Of a stretch of 64,000 nt of DNA, positions 34,179 through 47,480 are shown one piece after another. The DNA comes from Takakia lepidozioides. Lineage: Eukaryota; Plantae; Bryophyta. The notes beneath the pieces are model-generated. The model searched no databases. It saw only the letters and a program-made list of their open reading frames with translations, and was not told where the DNA came from. The DNA lies in assembly GCA_030704615.1 (NCBI GenBank), contig CM060731.1, positions 82,894,001 through 82,958,000 of the forward strand. Direction: 5' to 3'. A program made the position numbers and the translations under genes. Numbering within the stretch: position 1 is the first letter of the stretch; every line of letters starts with the position of its first letter.

Positions 34179-35881
34179 TCTGCAGAAAATAAAGATGAAA
34201 AAATCAGGGCGTGGAGGGTGTGCTCTGATGTTTGAGCAATCATTTGTATTTAGTTGGGGTGCTTCTTCATCTACAATGGTCCCACATACATTAGTTGTGA
34301 TGTACTTCCCCTTCTCTTTTGCTTTCTGTCTCTGTGATGTACACAATTGTTTCTGTCTGGGGCATCAGAGTCACATCTCTTCTATCTGTAGAATGCAGGG
34401 ATTAGAAATTGAGGGCTATGAGATCCAAGGCCGATATTTGTCTCTTTAGAAACTGTCTTTGGCAGAGGCTTGAATGAGCTTTAAAGGACACAGAAATGCC
34501 TGGCAGCCTACCTGCATGCTGCACTTTTGTCTTCAGGCAGATGATTGTACTATGTCGTCACATGCACCCTCAGGGTCCCTTAGGACATTGTATTTCATTT
34601 TTCTCTGTAGATATTATAAGCCTCCTATTTCCCTTTCTCCTCTCTAGCCCTCTGTGGATGTCTGTCAGCTTCCCCTTGCTTGGAGTATATTTTACTATTT
34701 AGAACTTAACCAAAGGTTTGTTTCTCCTTTTGATTCTGGCAGGTGTCTGGGTGCCATGACCTCTGGAGGTTCTCATCACTGCTTGTAATTTCCTCAGTCC
34801 TGTTTCGCGAAGGGCACACAATGCAGCTTGTGTTTGGGGCACTGCGCACCTGCTGGCTGCTAGCCACAACTACTAATGTTTTGTAAATCTTGCTGTATGA
34901 AGAGGTGAGATGGAGTCTAGGTGTTGAAACGAGTGTCTGGACACGGTGGGCACTGAAGGACACCCTTTGTTAATTGCATTGCAAGAGACGGTGTTACAAC
35001 ATGCTAGAAAACAGGCTTGAGTCTCATATCTTGTGTTTTAATTAATTTTGATTGGCCCCTCACTTCGGGGATGACTGAAGGACCCATTGCAAGGCAACTG
35101 GCTTGGGGGTGAGAACTCCCATAAAGACATGGTTTTCAAAGGGCTGGTGACAGCAGAGGGTGACAGCAGAGGGCGAACGGAGAGCGCTCGGGTGAAACCC
35201 ACGATGAAACTTCCTGCAAGTCAACCTGTTTAAACAACTCCTAACAAATATACGGAGAGAAAGCAAACTTGGCAATTTTTTAGCAACTCACAATGTCTCA
35301 GGTCTGAATTTACGGACAACTCTATTACCATCCAGCCCGACATAGAGGTTTATGTCCAGCTATCTCTGGACTTTGTCGCATCATGAGGAATACCAGTACC
35401 TACCTCACAGAACTAGGAGTCTGATGAAAAGCAGAACACAAAATGGAGGAACAAAACTTGTGAATTACCTCCCCACTTAGTTATGGGTATCGCCAATCCT
35501 CTGAGATGCCGCTTCCGTTGTCACTTCAGTGTGGCGATTTGCTACCAAGTTGGCGTCCCATCCTCAGCTGTACTTTCTGTACACTCTCTTTGGTACATCT
35601 CAACCAATCGCCTGCCCCCAGAGCTGTCAAATCCAGGAATTATGCATGTGTTGCCCGATTGTGAGTTTCTCAATCCCCCTGTCCTCACCTGCACCTTCAA
35701 TCCGCTCTTCTGCGTGGTGTGAGCCACAACGGACTTAGCGAACACTTTCTGCAGTCAATGAGTAATGCTGGAGGTCCCTTCCTCGGCTGTGGCTCATGAC
35801 CATCCACTTCCAGTGAACTCCGGAGTAAGACGTGCCGTTATCCCATATCACTAGTTGCAGGGGCGAGGACCGTGGCGGGGC

Positions 35882-36106
35882 TGTTTTCCTTAAGTGCCCT
35901 ATGCCTTGTGCAGTATTACAACAGAGCCTGTCACCTCGGATGGGCATTTCCACCCTCTGTAGCAGCTGGTATGGGCAGCCCCATGGAGAGAAGGTGTTTT
36001 CCTTACGTGCCTATGCCTTGCGGCAGTATTACAACAGAGCCTGTCACCTCGGATGGGCATTACCACCCTATGTAGCAGCTGGTATGGGCAGCCCCCATGG
36101 AGAGAA
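35882..36106. repeat. Tandem duplication of a 113-bp unit (2 copies), probably inside an unclassified repeat element spanning about 34960-36900
   Basis: TGTTTTCCTTA..GCAGTATTACAACAGAGCCTGTCACCTCGGATGGGCAT..CCCCATGGAGAGAA starts at 35882 and again at 35995. Confidence 0.9.
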
Positions 36107-37540
36107 TCCATCGGCTGAAGTGTGGGACTCACTGCTGGGCCTATGGCTGGGGACCGGCTGGTGACGTGTGGGGATGCTCCCTGGGAGGGTCCCAGAGATT
36201 TGCTGTCTTACCCATCTTTCCCGTGTAGGAGTGGATGGTGCATAGTTTGGGCTGGGGTATGTATTTGGATCGGGGCTGGGGTTAGAAGTTAGAACCGGTT
36301 GCAGGTGGGCGGGCCTTCATATTCCCCTGCTTGTGACCCATGGAATCATTACAGCAACTTTCCCTCTGCTCCTTGCCAGAGTCAGGTAATCTACACCGAG
36401 GCCTTGGGTATCCTCAGAGTCCTCAAAACCAACAACTCTACAATTTGATCAGAGTGCTAACTACTACTTCATTAATCTGTGGGATACGAAGCTGCTTGAC
36501 AAGTCCTACACAGTCAGACTGCTCCCAGTGTGGAGCATGACATTCTCACCTATACCGTCCCCACAGTCTGAGCGATGTTAATCCATCCTCCCCTTCATTC
36601 TTTCGCTCTTTGTGAATAGTGATGTGACTGGATGTGACGCACGAATCTAAAAATTCATGGCGTCTTATGTCACCTTACAACTGTTCATACTCTTCCAGGG
36701 CCGTTGTTTTATATGGTCCTCTTCATCGAGTGGCAAGGGGGGTTCACTTTAATTAGCCCCCTGTAGGGATGAGGGCTTATTAGGGCGGAAACTGATGAAC
36801 CCCTGCGCCCCGGTTCTATACCGAGCATAAAAACGCTTCAAACGTGTGTTGACTCCGCTAGTTACGCCCGGTAACACACTCGCCAGCCTCGCGCGGGCGT
36901 TCCCCGCTGTAACGCATTCGGGGTCCTAACGCAAAATACAAAGGAAATATTTGAAGTGTTGTAAAACTGTTCTTTGGGGCTACCTTCAAACTGGTTTTGG
37001 CACTAATGTGTAGTCTCCTCTTCTTGTCTCTTTTCTTCTGTCTTTTAGTGACAAAACCATTGTAGGCAACCGCACTCTCTGGATTCAACTACATAACACA
37101 AACTATGGTACTATTGACTAAAGAACATTTGGGTTGGCTAATAGGACCCAACATATTTCTAGCCTCTCGATAACTAGTATCAACTTATTAGTCTGGTCTT
37201 GCAAGGCCACTAGTCACATAATGGCTCCACACGTGAGTATAATGTTAATTATATAACATTATGTATTTATTATTACATCCAATACTTGAAAAATGATAAT
37301 ATGATGTAAGTGTCGAGGTAGTTAAGAACAATAATTGTGGCTTTATGATTAGTCCAATGTGATTCAATAGTTCCAGCTATAGCACGCAACAACGCCAATC
37401 TGTCCATTGTAAGTTTGCAAGTTTTAGGACGGATGTCTGCTTCTTCTCCCCTTTTTACTATGGTTACCATTACAAGGACGACGGTTTGCTCAGTAACTCT
37501 ACTCTGATGTGACCACACTTGGTGTGAACAGTGTAAATAC

Positions 37541-37892
37541 CAGTGTTGGGCGGTTACCCGCCGGGACCCAGGTTAACCGCCGGTTGAGGTTCAGGTTAAC
37601 CGCAACCGGACCGGAACCGGGCCCATTCCTGCAGAACCTGACCCGGAACCGGAACCTGCCAATGGGGATTGGCACATAACCGAACCGACAGTCCGTGCTT
37701 GGTGAGAACTAGAGAACCGAGGCGCATGGGGATAAAAACAGGTTCAGGTTCTTGAACCCTTGGTGGGCCGCAATGCTTGAAGGCCATGACATTTTATGTT
37801 CAATGCTTCAACGCCATGAGATCTTGGGTTCAATCTCCAGCTCCATGATATCCTGGCTAAGTTCATTAATGAAAATTCGAAAGATGCCAATA
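37541..37892. mobile_element. hAT-like DNA transposon/MITE end with AACCGG subterminal repeats, interrupted by copy C
   Basis: Starts CAGTGTTGGG, followed by dense AACCG(G)/CGGTT motifs in both orientations and three 30-bp CAATG..CCATGA units. No partner TIR found. Confidence 0.55.
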
Positions 37893-40800
37893 TGTCATGG
37901 TTTTGTTTGTGATTAGTTAGAAATAGTTATTTCTAGCTAATTAGGACATTATACATTTATATTTGTATTTTGTTGGCATTGGGACTTCATTTGGTTCCAT
38001 GTGCCAAGTGAGGTGGCGAACCTCACTTGGGACGTGGGGGGGGTTATCTCCACGTGAGACGTAGGCAGACTCGTCTTCTTCTAGTCGAGCATCCCGAGGC
38101 TTCTCTCGCCGCCATAGCTCTAGTACTTGAGATGGAGAGTGGGTGAGGTCTGTATGGTGGAGTCATTTAGCAAGGTGCCATTGGCTTGACTTATATAACG
38201 TGATAGAGTGGTTTCTCCTCTTTTCACCATTTTTTTATCACTAGAAGAAGACCTGCTTACATCGATAAGTGCAAGGTGTTAGCATAGTTAGCACTTGTGT
38301 AGAGGAGAGCTTGATAGATAGCTCTTAAGTTACAAGATGTTGCAGGGTTTGCAAGAAGAAAGCCTTGTGGTGTTTATGTACAAGAGGAGGTCTTCAAGGA
38401 GAGCCCCATTGAAAAGTTTGAGAGCTTGTGAAGAAGCTTTTGTTCTGCACGTGTGCAAGGTTGAGGAGTTCAAGAAGAGCTCGGGTGTTAAGGGAGCAAG
38501 CGGTGCATGTGTAGAACATGGTTTCAGCTTGTGGAGTCTTTCAACTTCAAGCTTAGGAGAGAGCTATAAGTGGAGGTAGATATCTGATTTCTCTTTGGGG
38601 CAGTTGTAGAGCATGCTTTGAGTTGGGGTTTCAATCCCAAGCTGGGGAAGAGCATGTTTATGGAAGTGGCAAGTGCAGGGCTGGATTAGGAGCTCTAAGA
38701 GGTGCACTATGGCTATGGAAGGAAGCACTATAAGTGCATGCGATGGCTAGAAGAAGGTATGCCATAGAAAGCTCAATAGTTTGTTCTATGCTTGTTTCAA
38801 TAAGTTCTATAGAAAAAGAGAGCTTGTTGTGTGCCAAATAGCTTGCTCAGGGACTTAGAAGCACTTTTGGTGGTCTATTGATGCTCAAGAAACCAAGAAC
38901 AGCACCTCTAGTTACTCCATAGAAGCCATAGCTCGTTGCAGCAATCGCAGAGGCATGCTTGGGAACGCGTGTGAACTCTTTGGGAACTCGAATGAACGCT
39001 TGGGAACTCCTTGGGAACTCGTAGGAACACGTGGAAAAATTGCCCCAGAGTTGGGAGCACCACCATTGTCCCTTCGGATGAACTATTGAGCCAGTGGATG
39101 AAAATCGGCGCTCCTGGATGAGAATCGGTTGTAGTGGATGAAACTGCGCCAGCGGATGAAATCTTGACAGCGGATGAACTATCGCACTATTGGATGAAAA
39201 ATTGCGGCGACGGATGAAACTGCGCCAGTGGATGAAATCTTGTCAGCGGATGAACTATCGCGCTATCGGATGAAAAATCGCGGCAACAGATGAAATTGTG
39301 TCAGCGGATGAACTATTGCGCTATCGGATGAAAAATTACGGCAACGGATGAAACTACATCAGCGGATGAAATCGTGGCAGCGGATGAACTATTGTGCCAT
39401 CGGATGAAAAATTGCGGCGACAGATGAAATCATGCCAGTGGATGAAATATCGCACCGACGGATGAACTATCGCGGCGGATACACCTGCACAGCCTCCTAT
39501 GCCTAGGGAAGACCAGATTGGTATGGGCTTCATGTGTGGAGCCGCACTTGCAGGACCATTGCATGTGGATTCTGCAGCTGCTGTCACTCGAGCAGCAACG
39601 CGTGCTCCTGAGCCAAGAGGAGCAGATGTGATTTTGATCCACGAAGAGGGGAAGCAAGTCGACAAATAAGGCTTCCACAGTCTTTCACATTGGCTAAGAC
39701 AGTGCCAACTACGCCATCGATGGTACCTGCTCGTCCAAGTGTGTCAGAGGTAGAGCCACGAATGCCAGTGGGGAGAGTTGGTGTGGCTTGGGAAATGTCA
39801 GTGGGTGGTGCTGCAAAACAAGGTGCAGCCAGTACATTGTTGGGGGCGGCTACGGTTGTTTGTCAAGCTCCATTGTTTTCTGCAATGACCATTGCAATAC
39901 CGGGGATTCGGCCAGCTACTGTGTTCAGACTAGCAGCTAAACTCTGTGAGAGTGGTGATGCATCGGCACTATCTGCGGGGATAGCGGATAATGTACAGTG
40001 CATGGATGCCCTGGACTCAAGGGTGAAGACAGCCACAGCTGCACCATGGCAAGCGGTAGCTGCAAGGTTGCAAGAGTTGTCAGCTAGACCAGCCATTGAG
40101 CGTAGTATGGTGACTCTCGGGGTAGTCGTGGTAGACAATCAAGATGGTGTGTTTCAGTTAGGTGGCCCAGCCAGGAGGAGGTATAGGCCACTGCGGGTCT
40201 TGTTGGACTCGGGAGCACAGCCATTGATGTTGGGGAGAGCAGCAATTGCAGGCTTGGGCCTTACAGAGGCGGATTTGGAGCCTTGCCCTTTCCAAATTCA
40301 AACATCTTTGGGTGGTTCAGAGAAGGCACGAGGGATTACACGCCATGAGCTCTTCATTCGATTACAGCCGGATCATCCTACGGACGGCTCAGTCATGAGA
40401 GCTAAAGCCATTGTTACGGACACGATGTCTTATGATGTGCTTGTTGGTGGGGCTGTGTTATACCCCATGGACTTTACTTTGGACTTTTGGGAGAAAATGG
40501 CATCCTACAGGCCGGAGTGGCAGTCAGGAGATGGCCGACGTGCACTGCCCCCAGTGCGGTTTATTGGGAATGTAGAGGTGGATCATAGGAACATGATGCC
40601 CACATTGGCTGCATTCTCAGGGGTGTTGGCTTAGGGTGGTGAGCTCTTGGAGGGCAATAGTCATGCAGATGATAGGCCATCACCTTATGAGGACAAACAA
40701 TTGGCATACAAGGCTGATTTGTTTCCTCATGTGCCTGTGCATATTCCATTGTGGGGTACGGTTGGGAATTTGCATTGAGTAGTAGGCGAGTGTGTGCACC

Positions 40801-41313
40801 AAGCATGGCAGGAGGCATTTCCATTGGTGAGTGAGGGGAGTTCAGTGACATCACCTGGACCTCCTGAGTTAGCTCCTTTGGACACATTGCCCATTACCTG
40901 GCAACCACCTGACTCAGGGATTTGTTCGCTAGACCTGTTTGGAAGCATAAGCACTGGGCTTGCAGGAGTGTTGCAAGCAGGGATTAAAGTACACAAGTAC
41001 TTGTATGTGGAGAAGGATGAGATAGCTCGGCGTATTTCTATGCGCCACATCGCCTTGCTCACACACCGATATCCTAAGTTGTTGCCTCTCTCAGCAATTC
41101 AAGGGTATCAAAAGGCCTTGCCTGCAGACATTACCTTGCTGGGGGCGGATGATTTGGACCGGCATGGTGCCATTGACTTGGTGATAGCCGGATGGCCTTG
41201 CCAAGGACACTCTCCCGCATGTCATGGGAATGGCTTGCATGATGCACGATCGCATTTGTTTTGGGAGATGTTGCGAGTGTTGCGGGACTTGCAGACGAGG
41301 CAAATGCAACCTC
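37893..41313 (+). mobile_element. Copy C of the DNMT3-retroelement family (second subfamily): leader, gag mostly deleted, protease, MTase motifs I-V, 3' truncated
   Basis: Starts TGTCATGGTTTT like copy D. ORF 39690-40634 has VLLDSGAQ; ORF 40794-41321 has SLDLFGSISTGL and DLVIAGWPCQGHS. Homology to D ends at 41313. Confidence 0.9.
39075..39480. repeat. GGATGAA-anchored tandem array (about 19-nt subunits, about 76-nt higher-order unit) at the deletion junction in copy C
   Basis: About 20 GGATGAA(A/C) cores at 17-21 nt spacing; GGATGAAACTGCGCCAG recurs after 76 nt. Confidence 0.9.
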
Positions 41314-44300
41314 TAGGCTAAGAGTGTAACCAAGGCTGTCTGCCACCGCTAGAAATAAGAAGGGGGATAGTGGGCAGCCTTGACGAACCGATCTAAGGAG
41401 GGAGAAGGGTTTGGATAAAGCCCCATTGACAATGACCCTGCTGGTGGAAGTGGATAGAAGGATCCTGACCCACTGACAAAACGATTGCGGGAACCCTATT
41501 TTGGCCAGTGCTGCAAGAAGAAAAGACCATTCGACCCTATCGAATGCCTTTTCAAAGTCCAAGAGCACTGGTGCAATAGCCTGTTTCGTTTGCTTTGCGT
41601 AATGGGGAATCTCTTGGGCCAGCAGTAAATTATCCATTATGTATCTGCCTTTGAACCCGTTTGATTCGGTCTGATAAGGGAGGGCAGCAGGGGCTGCAAG
41701 CGAAGGGCGAGAGCTTTGGCAATGATCTTGTATGCCACATTCAGCAATGTGATAGGTCTGTAGTTAGAGAGGTTTGTCCTATCTCCCTTCTTATACAACA
41801 ATGTAATGACTCTTTGGGACATTGCAGGTGGCATTACCTGACAATGAAACAAGTAGTTAGCCATAAGGGTGAAGTCACCCGAAATCTCTGGCCAAAGCAC
41901 TTTGTAGAACTCTGCAGTGATGTCGTCCATGCCTGGGGCTTTATTGTTTTTAAGCTTGCGTAGCGTTTCTTCCAGCTCATAGTCTGTAAATTCACCCTCC
42001 AGTGTCTGCGCCTTATGCCTAGTTAGGATGGAGGGAGTGTGGGCCAGGCAGTCCTTCTATAGCTGAGAAGGCTCCAGGCTGATGTGAGTGTTGTGGTATA
42101 GATTCCCAAAATGAGTGGCTACCAATGTAGCCAGTTCCCTGGGGTGTGAAACCAGATTCCCTGAAGCTTGATCGGTCAGTTCCGTGATGTTCTGGACCGC
42201 CCTACGAAGCTTGGTTTTTTCAAAGAAATATTTGCTCATTTTCTCTCCCTTGGTGGACTAGTTCATCCCTGCTTGTAACTTGAGTTGTTTTTCGTCAAGT
42301 TGTGATGAACTTCTAGGTTTTTCCGTGCTTCCAGGTATGTGAGGTAGGTGTACTGTGCTCATCACAACGAGGTGACTCTAGCCTCAGTTGGCAGACCTTA
42401 AGGCATTTTGTGAGAGCATGCACTTTGCGTTTTCTTATGGCTGCTAGGGTTTGGCTCATCCTTTGGCTTTGTATGTTCACCGCTTTGATTTTATCCAGGA
42501 AGCGTTCCGCTGGGTTCTGAGATGCGTTTCCTGCTTGTTGCCAGGCGAGGAGTAGACCTTTTTTGAACTCTGGCAATTTGAGCATGAGGCTGTTTAGTTT
42601 GAACAGGCCTCTCCCTCTTTGCTGAGTATCTTGGATGCGAATGACAGCCGAAATTGGAGCATGATCAAATCCCTGGGGTATTGGTTGTTGGTGTTGTCGT
42701 TTGGTCCATTGAACCAAGTTAAACGAGATATAGGCTCTGTCCAATCGGGCCATCTGCAAGTGTTCAAGGGCTCTGTTATTTGTCCAAGTGAAAGAGAGGT
42801 CAGTGGCCACCTACGAAAGAGGGGCTGCCTCCACCAGGTTGTGGATCTGGGTGCAATGTAGCCAGTGATCCACGTCCTCTATGTTTGACTTAGGCCCACT
42901 CTCACCTCTTCTATCCTGTGGAGATTCTATCATGTTGAAGTCCCCCATGATGATCCAACTGTGAGCTGACATTTTGTCCGAGAGACTGGACCAAAATTGG
43001 CTTCTGTCAGAAGAATTATTTGGCGCATAAATCTTAACCAGACCCAACGTGCCTGTGTTGTTTGGGAGTTTTAGGGCACAAAATTGGAGACGTCCAGGGA
43101 TCCAGGATTCTTCAGCTACGAGCAAAGGTTGCAGGGAGGGCAAAAGAAGGATGGAGGTGCCACCTTGGCTGCCCTAAGAGGTTGGTTTCCAAAGGGCATT
43201 GGCCCTTGGCCAGAGGTGATCCGTAAGTAGATTTATTTTTGGTTGGTTCAATTTGTGTTCTTGTAAAAAGACTATTGAGTCTTTCTGCAGGAATGGATTG
43301 AGCCAAGATTTAATCTTGACTCTCTTGAGAGCAGCTGGGTCCATTCCCAGCCCTCTGATATTCCATGAATGAAGGTCAATTAACATTGGTCAGGCTGAGA
43401 AGGCTGGGGCTGGGAGCCCCAATTGATGGCCTTGGAGGATCAAAGTAGAACTTAACACGACGATCTTTGGGATGGAGAGATTTGACCCGGGAGTAATTGG
43501 TTGGGGCTTTGCGGTTTGTCCTCTTAATTTCCACAAACAGCACAGAAAGGTTTTGTTTGGCATCTTGAGTGAGGGGAGTATTGACATGAGAGAATTGGTC
43601 ACTTGAAACAGGGTCAATTGTCAGGAGATAATAGCAGCCTGTTCCGGATAAAAGGTACTTTTAAGGATGGAGGTGAGCAGAGGATCAGCTTGAAGATATG
43701 AAGGAATAATGATGGACGGGAGAGTCTGCCGAGCCAATTTTCTCGCTGAAGATGGCTTTTTCAGACATAATAACCAACATCTGTAAGGATCAGAAGAGAG
43801 TACTTGGAATAAAATGCATGGCGAGGTGCAGGGGAGAACCTGGATTTGTGGGTTTGTTGACTCAGTGACGCAGAGAGGGGTATTGTGTCCTACTTGAGGC
43901 ATAGTGTTGTTGAAGCTGTTGCTGAGTTGAGGGGAGATGTGCAGCTCACTCGAGCTTCATCTTGTATGTGTTGAGTCTGAAGGTCTGCGAGAGGTTCTTC
44001 ATCTGAGGAAGATCCCGATGATGGTGGTTTGACACCCGCCAGATGGTCCCTCGTTCTTTGAAGTTCCATTCTACGTGTGTCATCGTCAATCTCTGCTTCA
44101 ATTATTGCCCCTAGAATCTAGAATGCATTGATTAGGGTATCCTGATTTCTGATTTGGAGTTTGTGACCTCCGCATGGAGTGTCAAGACCAAGTTCATGAA
44201 CCCATAGACCACCCATGGGAGGGTCAAGATGATAGATGTCTGCCTCCTCCAACAGAGCCAGCACATGAGTAGATGGCTTACAGCTTAGCCCTGGATGTTC

Positions 44301-45117
44301 TTCTAGGTATGCTCCCCAATAGATTTTGGTGGTTTCTGTCAAAAGGTAGTGTGGCTGGTAGGCCCTGAAGAACTCCTGGATTTTGTTTTTGATCATAGAA
44401 TCAGGGCATCCATTGGGTGGACAAGTTCTCATGAACTGTCTTACATCTTCCGTGGTAATCCATAGTGATTCAACACATTCCCAGTCATCCGAGGTGATGA
44501 GGATTGATGGAGAGTTCCCTTGCCCGAAGATGATTGGAGTGATACATACTGCAGATGGCTCGCCAAAGGTTTGTAGGGCCGAACAGCCTTTTATATCCAA
44601 CCTTGGAAAGGAGGTTTGTTTAAGACAGATCTTTGCAAAGGTCGGATAATTGGCGATTCCGGTAAGAATTTTGGGTGATTGCACCATCATTGAAGGATGG
44701 CCTTTGGGGGCAGAAAGGGGTGATCGATTCTGCACTTTGGTTTTGCCTTTGTCCTTGTGCCCCTTCGTGTGGTTGTGGGTGCTTGTGCCTGCTTCCAGAT
44801 ACATAGGATTCATGTCGTTTCCACGAGGGTTTTAATATGTTTTTTTTAATGAACTGCAGGTGATCAGTAGGGGTAGCAGCTGGTGGCTAAACTTGAGAAT
44901 GTTGTCTTGGAAGCTGGGCTCTGTTGTTGAGGTGGTCCTGAACAGGAGCAATGATGCCTTGTGGAGAAGACACAAAGTTGGTGGATCTGGGACGTATGAT
45001 GGGCGAGCGTTTCCTCTTTCATGTAGGGCAATTAACCTTAGTATGTCCCATTTGTCCACAGTTGAAGCACGCTGATGAGGAGCAGTCTTCAATGAGGCGA
45101 ATAGTGTAGTAGTTACC
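41314..45117 (-). mobile_element. L1-clade LINE, degenerate and truncated at both ends (ORF1 zinc knuckle, APE endonuclease, partial RT)
   Basis: CFNCGQMGHTKVNC at about 45030-45070; SWNIRGLG, FLQEHK, IYAPN, MGDFN, RLDRAY, DHAPI; YRPITLLNVAYKIIAK, LDFEKAFDRVEW, VRQGCPLSPFLF. Stops before the YADD motif. Confidence 0.93.
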
Positions 45118-46887
45118 TGTCATGGTTTTAGACATGGTTATCTAGAATTACCTACTTCTAGTTAACTAGGACATTTTAGATATTTATATTTATATTTTGT
45201 GTGTTGGGACTTCATTTGGTCTCACATGCCAAGTGAGGTGTCGAGCCTCACTTGGGACATGGGGATAGGTTTTTCCCTTGTGAGGATAGAGGAGGCTCAT
45301 CTTCTTGTAGTTGAGCCTCCATGAGCCTCTCTCACCTCCATAGCTCTAGGTATCGAGAGGGAGTGTGGTGAGGGCTTTGTAGGGTGGATTCCCTTAGCAA
45401 GGGTGCCCTTGGCTTGACTTAGTTTATGTGATTGAGTGGATTCATGAGTGGAGGGTTTCCATTATGTTCACTTCCATTATCACTACAAGAAGACCACCTT
45501 ATGCTTGTGAGTGCGGAGTGTAAGGATAGTTTTGCACTTGTGTTGGTGTACACCAAGGAGTGAGAGAGCTAGGAAAAGCTCAAGCATCTCACAAGGCTTG
45601 CAAGGTGTTGCAAGGGAGAGTGTGTTTGCATTACATCAAGGAGGTGGAGAGCTCAAGGAGAGAGCTCTTGAGTTACAAGTCTTTGCAAGTATTGCAGGGA
45701 GAAAGTCTTGTTTGTGTGGAAGCAAAGGTTTGAAAGTTTGAGAAGAAGGAGCGCCATCTCTTGTATCTTAAGTGTTGTGACAACCATTTGCCAAGGAAGT
45801 GGCTTCTATGGTGAAAAGAATGCATTGAGGGTTTGTAGAAGCATTATTGTGCACCAAGGGTTTGAGAGCTTGGAAAAGAGCTCTTGCATCACAAGAGAAG
45901 CGTCTTGTATGTGAAGAAGATAGACACTAGGGTTTCAAGAGCAAGCTCTAGTTGTTTATGGTGTGAAAGAGAAGCCAAAGAGCGGCACATGCTTGGGTTA
46001 GAAACACCATAGAAGGAGTACAACAATGATAGCTTGAGGAGCATTGAGTAGCTCATGAGAAGCTAAGAAGTGGTTGTTTTATCCATGGTGAAATGAAGCC
46101 AAGTGGGGTTTCATTTGGTTGACAAACAAGCAAGCTAAGGCGCTAGAAGGGAGTGCTTTTGCTAGTCTATGAGTTCTTGGATTGCTCTTGGTGAAGCAAG
46201 TGGTTGACCAAGCAAGTGGCGCATGTGTGGAGCATGATTTCCAAGTGCGGCTTTCAACTTCAAGCTTGAGGAGAGCTAGAAGGTGAAGGGAACAAGTCAT
46301 TATTTTGTGTATGAGGTGATACTTATGTGGAGCATGTTTTCAGCCATTGAGGCTTCTATTTTCAAGCCTTGGAGAGCAAGAAGAAAGGAAAAGGGCTGAT
46401 TTCCACTCAGGTGAAGGAAAAGCAGTTGTAGAGCACATGTTTGAGTTGGGGTTTCAACCTTAAGCTTAAGGAGAGCACGACTCTTGAGCTAGTAAGTGAA
46501 GGGACTTGAATCTTCCTCTTTGCATGAGATGGAGATGTATTGATGCTTGGAGAAGCAACACATAAAAGCCAAGAATGGAGCATGTGTGTGGATGGCCAAA
46601 GGAGAGCACATGAATGAGTGCAAGACTTGGTTGTTTGTCAAATGAGGTAAAACGCTTGATTCTTGAGCTCCAAAGAGAAGTGAAGCTTGTTGTGTGGCAA
46701 ATGCATTGCTAGGTGAGATGGAATCAAGCTTGGTTGTGGCTTGAGGTGAAGAAGATCAAGGTAGTTTGCCTTGGTATCTCATAGAAGTCATGGATGCTTG
46801 AGGAGGACAAGCATGAAGCTCAAGGAAGCCCAAACCCTAGCTTGGAATGCACAAACCCTAGCATGAGATGCACATGAAACCCTAGGT

Positions 46888-47020
46888 TCATGGGAACAGT
46901 CACCAAAATGTGGGAACTGTCACCGTAGTCTGGGAACCGTCACCGTAGTTTGGGAACCGTCACTGTAGTTTGGGAACGGTCACCGTAGTCTGGGAACGGT
47001 CACTATAGGCTGGGAACATA
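46888..47020. repeat. 20-bp tandem repeat TGGGAACCGTCACCGTAGTY (6-7 copies) in the copy D leader
   Basis: Directly visible at 20-nt period. Confidence 0.93.
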
Positions 47021-47164
47021 GTGACATATAAAGGCAATATAGGGCTTTTGGAGGATTTTCAAGGGCCTTTTGGAGGATTGTTTGGGGGATCTTTGGGGAG
47101 CTTTTGTAAGGCACTTTGAAGAGCTCTTGAAGAGGTATTTGGATGACTATTTGGAGGCCTATTT

Positions 47165-47480
47165 GCGATCCTTGAAGGCCAAGTTTTGGCAAGTTTTTGG
47201 AGCCTTGGAAGGCTATGTGGAGGACCATTTGGGGTCTTTGAAGGCCAAGTTTTGGCAAGTTTTTGGAGCATTTGGAAGGCTATGTGGAGGACCATTTGGG
47301 GTCTTTGAAGGCCAATATTTGGCAAGTTTTTGGAGCCTTTGGAAGGCTATTTGGAGGGCTGTTTAGGGTCCTTGGAGGCCGATATTTGGCGAGCTTGAGG
47401 AGTCTTTGGCGACTTGTTGAAGGACTATTTGGGGTCCTTGAGGGCCGAGATTTGGCAGGCTCTTGGGGCCTTGGTGTACT
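47165..47480. repeat. 66-67-bp tandem repeat (about 5 copies) in the copy D leader
   Basis: TTGAAGGCCAAGTTTTGGCAAGTTTTTGGAGC.. at 47172, 47238 and 47305, with diverged copies at 47372 and 47438. Confidence 0.9.

Noticed and set aside
36785-36845. Hammerhead ribozyme (CTGATGA here and at about 35421)
   Set aside because: No stem II followed by GAAA and no closing helices could be built.
39075-39480. CRISPR-like appearance of regularly spaced GGATGAA cores (and the 20-bp array at 46888-47020)
   Set aside because: The cores are too short, the spacers are themselves repeated, there are no cas genes, and the context is eukaryotic.
41131-41637. LINE RT fused to the methyltransferase
   Set aside because: The ORF only reads through a deletion junction into the antisense strand of copy C.
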